A stretch of 64,000 nt of DNA from Anthoceros angustus. Its lineage: Eukaryota; Plantae; Anthocerotophyta. The position numbers and the translations under genes are program-made. The notes beneath the pieces were generated by a model. It was not told the DNA's origin. It worked only from the letters and a program-made list of their open reading frames with translations, and did no database searches. Shown piece by piece: positions 60,830 through 64,000 of this stretch (the stretch's first letter is position 1; every line of letters begins with the position of its first letter). The DNA is taken from assembly GCA_010909165.1 (NCBI GenBank), contig VJWM01000108.1:682001-746000 (forward strand). Reading direction: 5' to 3'.

Positions 60830-63220
60830 GACGATGGCTGGCCCGACGAGGAGGTTGCCGAAGTCATTAGCAAAATTGCTTCATCCGCCTTCATCATTTT
60901 TTCATTGTTCTTCTTCTTCCCCCTGAGCAATCTCCTCTCACGAAGTCAAAAAACGTCGAGAAGAGCAAAGAGGTCGAAATCCTCCTGTAGTGGGAACAGC
61001 CCACTTGCCAAGTCCGCCATCAAAGGTGACATCACTGACGTGAGACCACCTTTTTCGAGGTACGCTATAAAGCTTGTAAGCTTTTATACCTTGGTATCCT
61101 ATCATAAGGAATTTCTTGGCCTTAGCTAACTTGGTTCTCTTTGGCCTTAGGAATGAAAGCGTAAGCTATGCAACAAGGTTCAAGATGAAGGATAGCTGGT
61201 TTTCTGCAAAGAAAGCTTCATAAGGGGTCTGTAAGACGCAGTGGTGGGCAATCAATGCGTAAATAAACAGGTATGAGGGCCTCAAAGAGTGGGAGTGGCA
61301 GCTTGGTGGAACAAGGAAGAAACCATCTCCCGCAGCAGTTAAATTCAGCGCTCAGCCTACACCATTTTGTTGTGGTGTGTATCATCGTAAGTTGTCGCCC
61401 CATCCTCATCTCGCAATAATAGGCAGAAATTCGTTTGATGAATTCACCACCATTGTCGAATCTGGAGGGTTTTCACTGCTTTCCACCCATCTCTCTATAC
61501 TTCATGTAGTCTTTAAATAGGGAGAAGTATTCACTTTTGGCTTTTCGAATATAAGCCATGACAACCGGGTCTTGTCTGCGTGAATGTTAGGAAATATCCG
61601 CCACCACCAATTGAGGGTCGAAAGTGGCTCACATATGTCGGTGTGGGAAGCTCAAGAACGTCTGAAGCCCTGAGGAGCTTGGTTCTTGAAGGCTGCTTGA
61701 TGACGCTGACAAGATACGTGCTTCACAAAGTGGTAAGGGTGGCAAACCGCCAATTTTTCCATCACCATACATGTCACTAAGCTAGTTTCGTAATCTGGCA
61801 CCGTGAGGGTGACCTAAACGTGCATGCCATAACCTAGCTTTTTCTATCTCGCTGGGCGCTTTCTTGTCTCAAGACTTAGAAGCTAAGTGTGTTCCGCATC
61901 ACTCGTGTGTGTGCAAACGAAATAGATCATTGCGGAACCATAAGCTGTTACTTTTCATGATCAAATGCATCGATGATCCTACATTCGTGGGAGGAATGGA
62001 TATGTTGTTATCCATGTTGAGCTTCCTAACAAAGATGAGGTTCCTAGTCATTTCTGTGGACATGATACACATCTGGGAGTAAGAGTGTGATCCTCAAGGA
62101 ATGGAATTTTCACTGCCTATTCCTCGAGACACAAGTGATCTATCGTCACCCGTAAACGAATCGATCTTTAGCTGGTCTATATGTGGCACGCGCTTCTATC
62201 GAAACTAATGTGCGGCATGCACCTGTATCAAGGTACCACCATGTGCGGGTCTCCCTTAGGTGTTTGTTGACGATGTACATGTGGGGTTAGCAATGGATAA
62301 GCAAACTCCCTAGTCCCTACCGCGTCAGGATGAAGGAAGCTTGCTTTTTCACCATGGCGCAGTGTGTCTCAAAAGTGGAGTTGCCCTCCTTAAGCAGGTA
62401 CCCAGTTTGCTTCGACACTTGCTTTCCCAATGACCGAACTGCACCAGTGGCATTTTCCGCCTTCTTGGGTTTCTGTGAAGTAGCTTCACTGTGAGTGCTA
62501 GCACTTGAGGTATTCTGCTTACCTCGAAGTTAGGCTTCAGCCTTTGTTTCGCTTGTGGTGTAAGAGCCCTCCGCACAAGATGCCCTCATAGTTCCTCTTG
62601 TTGCTTCTTCCCGAGAAGAGCTCACTAACTCACGAAAACGTTGTTTGGGAAGGGTAGCCTGCAGCCTTAGCTAGTTTCTCGCTGCGAAGCATTGTAGGAC
62701 GTCACAAAGTATGACCATGACTGGAGTGACATCATGAAATACAATGTGAGTAAATCATGCTTGAGAGATTCCCGAGAAGCGCCTCTAGCTTAGAAACCAA
62801 AGGTTCTAAAGAATCCAAGATGTTTTTCAATTGTATCTCCGTCTCTCATTTTGCGCTCAACATTGCAAGTCAGCCGTCGACTTGTGGTATTTTGCTGCGT
62901 CATGAGGATCTTGAAGCCCGGACCATATCTCGGTGAAGTCTTGCATCCAGAGGTCTGTCTCGGCATGTCGAGGTCAACCCACTCCGGATCGTGTACATGG
63001 CAGCTTCATCCCTAATATATTGTCCATGCATCCCGATTCTTCTTTTGAATGGAAGGAGAGTGAGCTCAGTACAATGGCAGAAACTTGTCCTCCCTTTGGC
63101 TTCCATAGCTGCTTGTTTTGTAGTGCTCCTCGATCATAACCTAGATATCATAATCTCTCCCAACTGCTCCTTTTCTCTTGAAGCCATCTCCACCAAGGTT
63201 AGTGTTTGGCTCAAACCATG
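60830..63220 (-). pseudogene. Copia gag-protease-integrase of unit VI
   Basis: Colinear with the other units; AT-rich repeats at 60250-60805; leader continues to the window end. Confidence 0.85.
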
Positions 63221-64000
63221 TTTAGGATTTTTGTAGGTCCTTCCTAAGTTAGGATTTTTATGTCTGTTAGACTAATGCTCCCGTCGACCTAACTCTGCAG
63301 CAGGTCAATGGCTAATGGTTCAAGGGTATCTAAGATGCTATTGATGCATCAAAGATGGAAACCGCGCATTTTAAAGGGTTAGCATGTCTCATAGCCACGT
63401 GTAGGTTGACGTGCCATTTGAACTTTGTTGCAATCCTTTGTTTTCTAATCTCCCACTTGTTAAATGCGTGGGTGGAGCAAGAGGGACATGAATTTGGAGC
63501 ATCAAATGTATGCGGCTTTGTTTTGTTTTATTTGCACGCTTACATGCAACACCGAGGTTAGCAAGTAAAGCCAAAGCGGGCTTTAACAATGTAAGCAACT
63601 CAAGTCCAAATGTCCCTATCGCTCTTTATCTTGTAAGTCTACATCGAAAGACGCGTTCGGTGATGTTTTGGCGTCTATCAACATGTTGCAGGTGTGCTTC
63701 AATTATTTTGATACCGCCACGTGTGGTGCGACATGTGTGGTCGAAACCCGGATTAATTACCATGGAATGCTCGCAACACCGCACCCTTGAAGATTGTTAG
63801 GGTTTCTAGGTGGAGGGCAAACACCGGTCATTCAGGAAGAGTCGAATCAATGTGTTGAATGATCGCTTTACTTCAAGAGCAACAAAGTGCGGTGATTTTA
63901 TGTCAAGCTGTCACATTCCTCGTAATACAGGAGGTGGAGCGGTGCAATCATTTGCACACTCCTTGCCCTCTCTATGGCGATTCGCGTGGAATCGCTCGGC

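Larger units (their letters stand above)
15690..64000 (-). mobile_element. Head-to-tail tandem array of an RT/RNase H-less Ty1/copia derivative (at least 6 units, 5.2-5.9 kb period, single shared LTRs), with nested insertions
   Basis: The order LTR-PBS-leader-gag-PR-INT-AT repeats-minisatellite-PPT-LTR repeats, with LTRs at 30841, about 41815, 46924, 53286 and 59171. Confidence 0.9.

Overview
Eukaryotic, plant-type repeat DNA made entirely of nested transposable elements. No host gene, rRNA, tRNA gene or CRISPR array is supported. Dense small indels and microhomology jumps suggest an unpolished long-read consensus, so most coding regions had to be read across frameshifts. 1-15.7 kb is a patchwork of Ty3/gypsy pieces: element A (Met PBS, upstream ORF, gag-CCHC-protease, start of RT), an Athila/Tat-like element B (Asp PBS, gag, protease, RT), and two large extra-ORF regions. 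15.7-64 kb is a head-to-tail array of at least 6 minus-strand Ty1/copia-derived units of about 5.2-5.9 kb. The units share single LTRs, keep gag-protease-integrase, and carry about 125-bp AT-rich repeats plus a 15-bp minisatellite where RT/RNase H should be. Nested in the array are a complete plus-strand copia (34.8-40.8 kb, 3' half repeated at 49.9-52.3 kb) and a 9.45-kb TIR DNA transposon (19411-28864). The transposon is the best candidate for a novel system. It encodes a DDD-type transposase (IDGMDQ / LDN-x-C-x-ENKN / VGHTHDQVDQ) head-to-head with a spliced gene whose frameshift-corrected product has a ParB-like domain (VLGGNHTYA) and a circularly permuted (beta-class) amino-DNA-methyltransferase (DVP-x-G ... 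W-x-K-x-N ... EGDWIL-x-ACAGSGS ... GRN). It also carries three internal clusters of the palindrome GGCGCCGGCATGCCGGCGCC.
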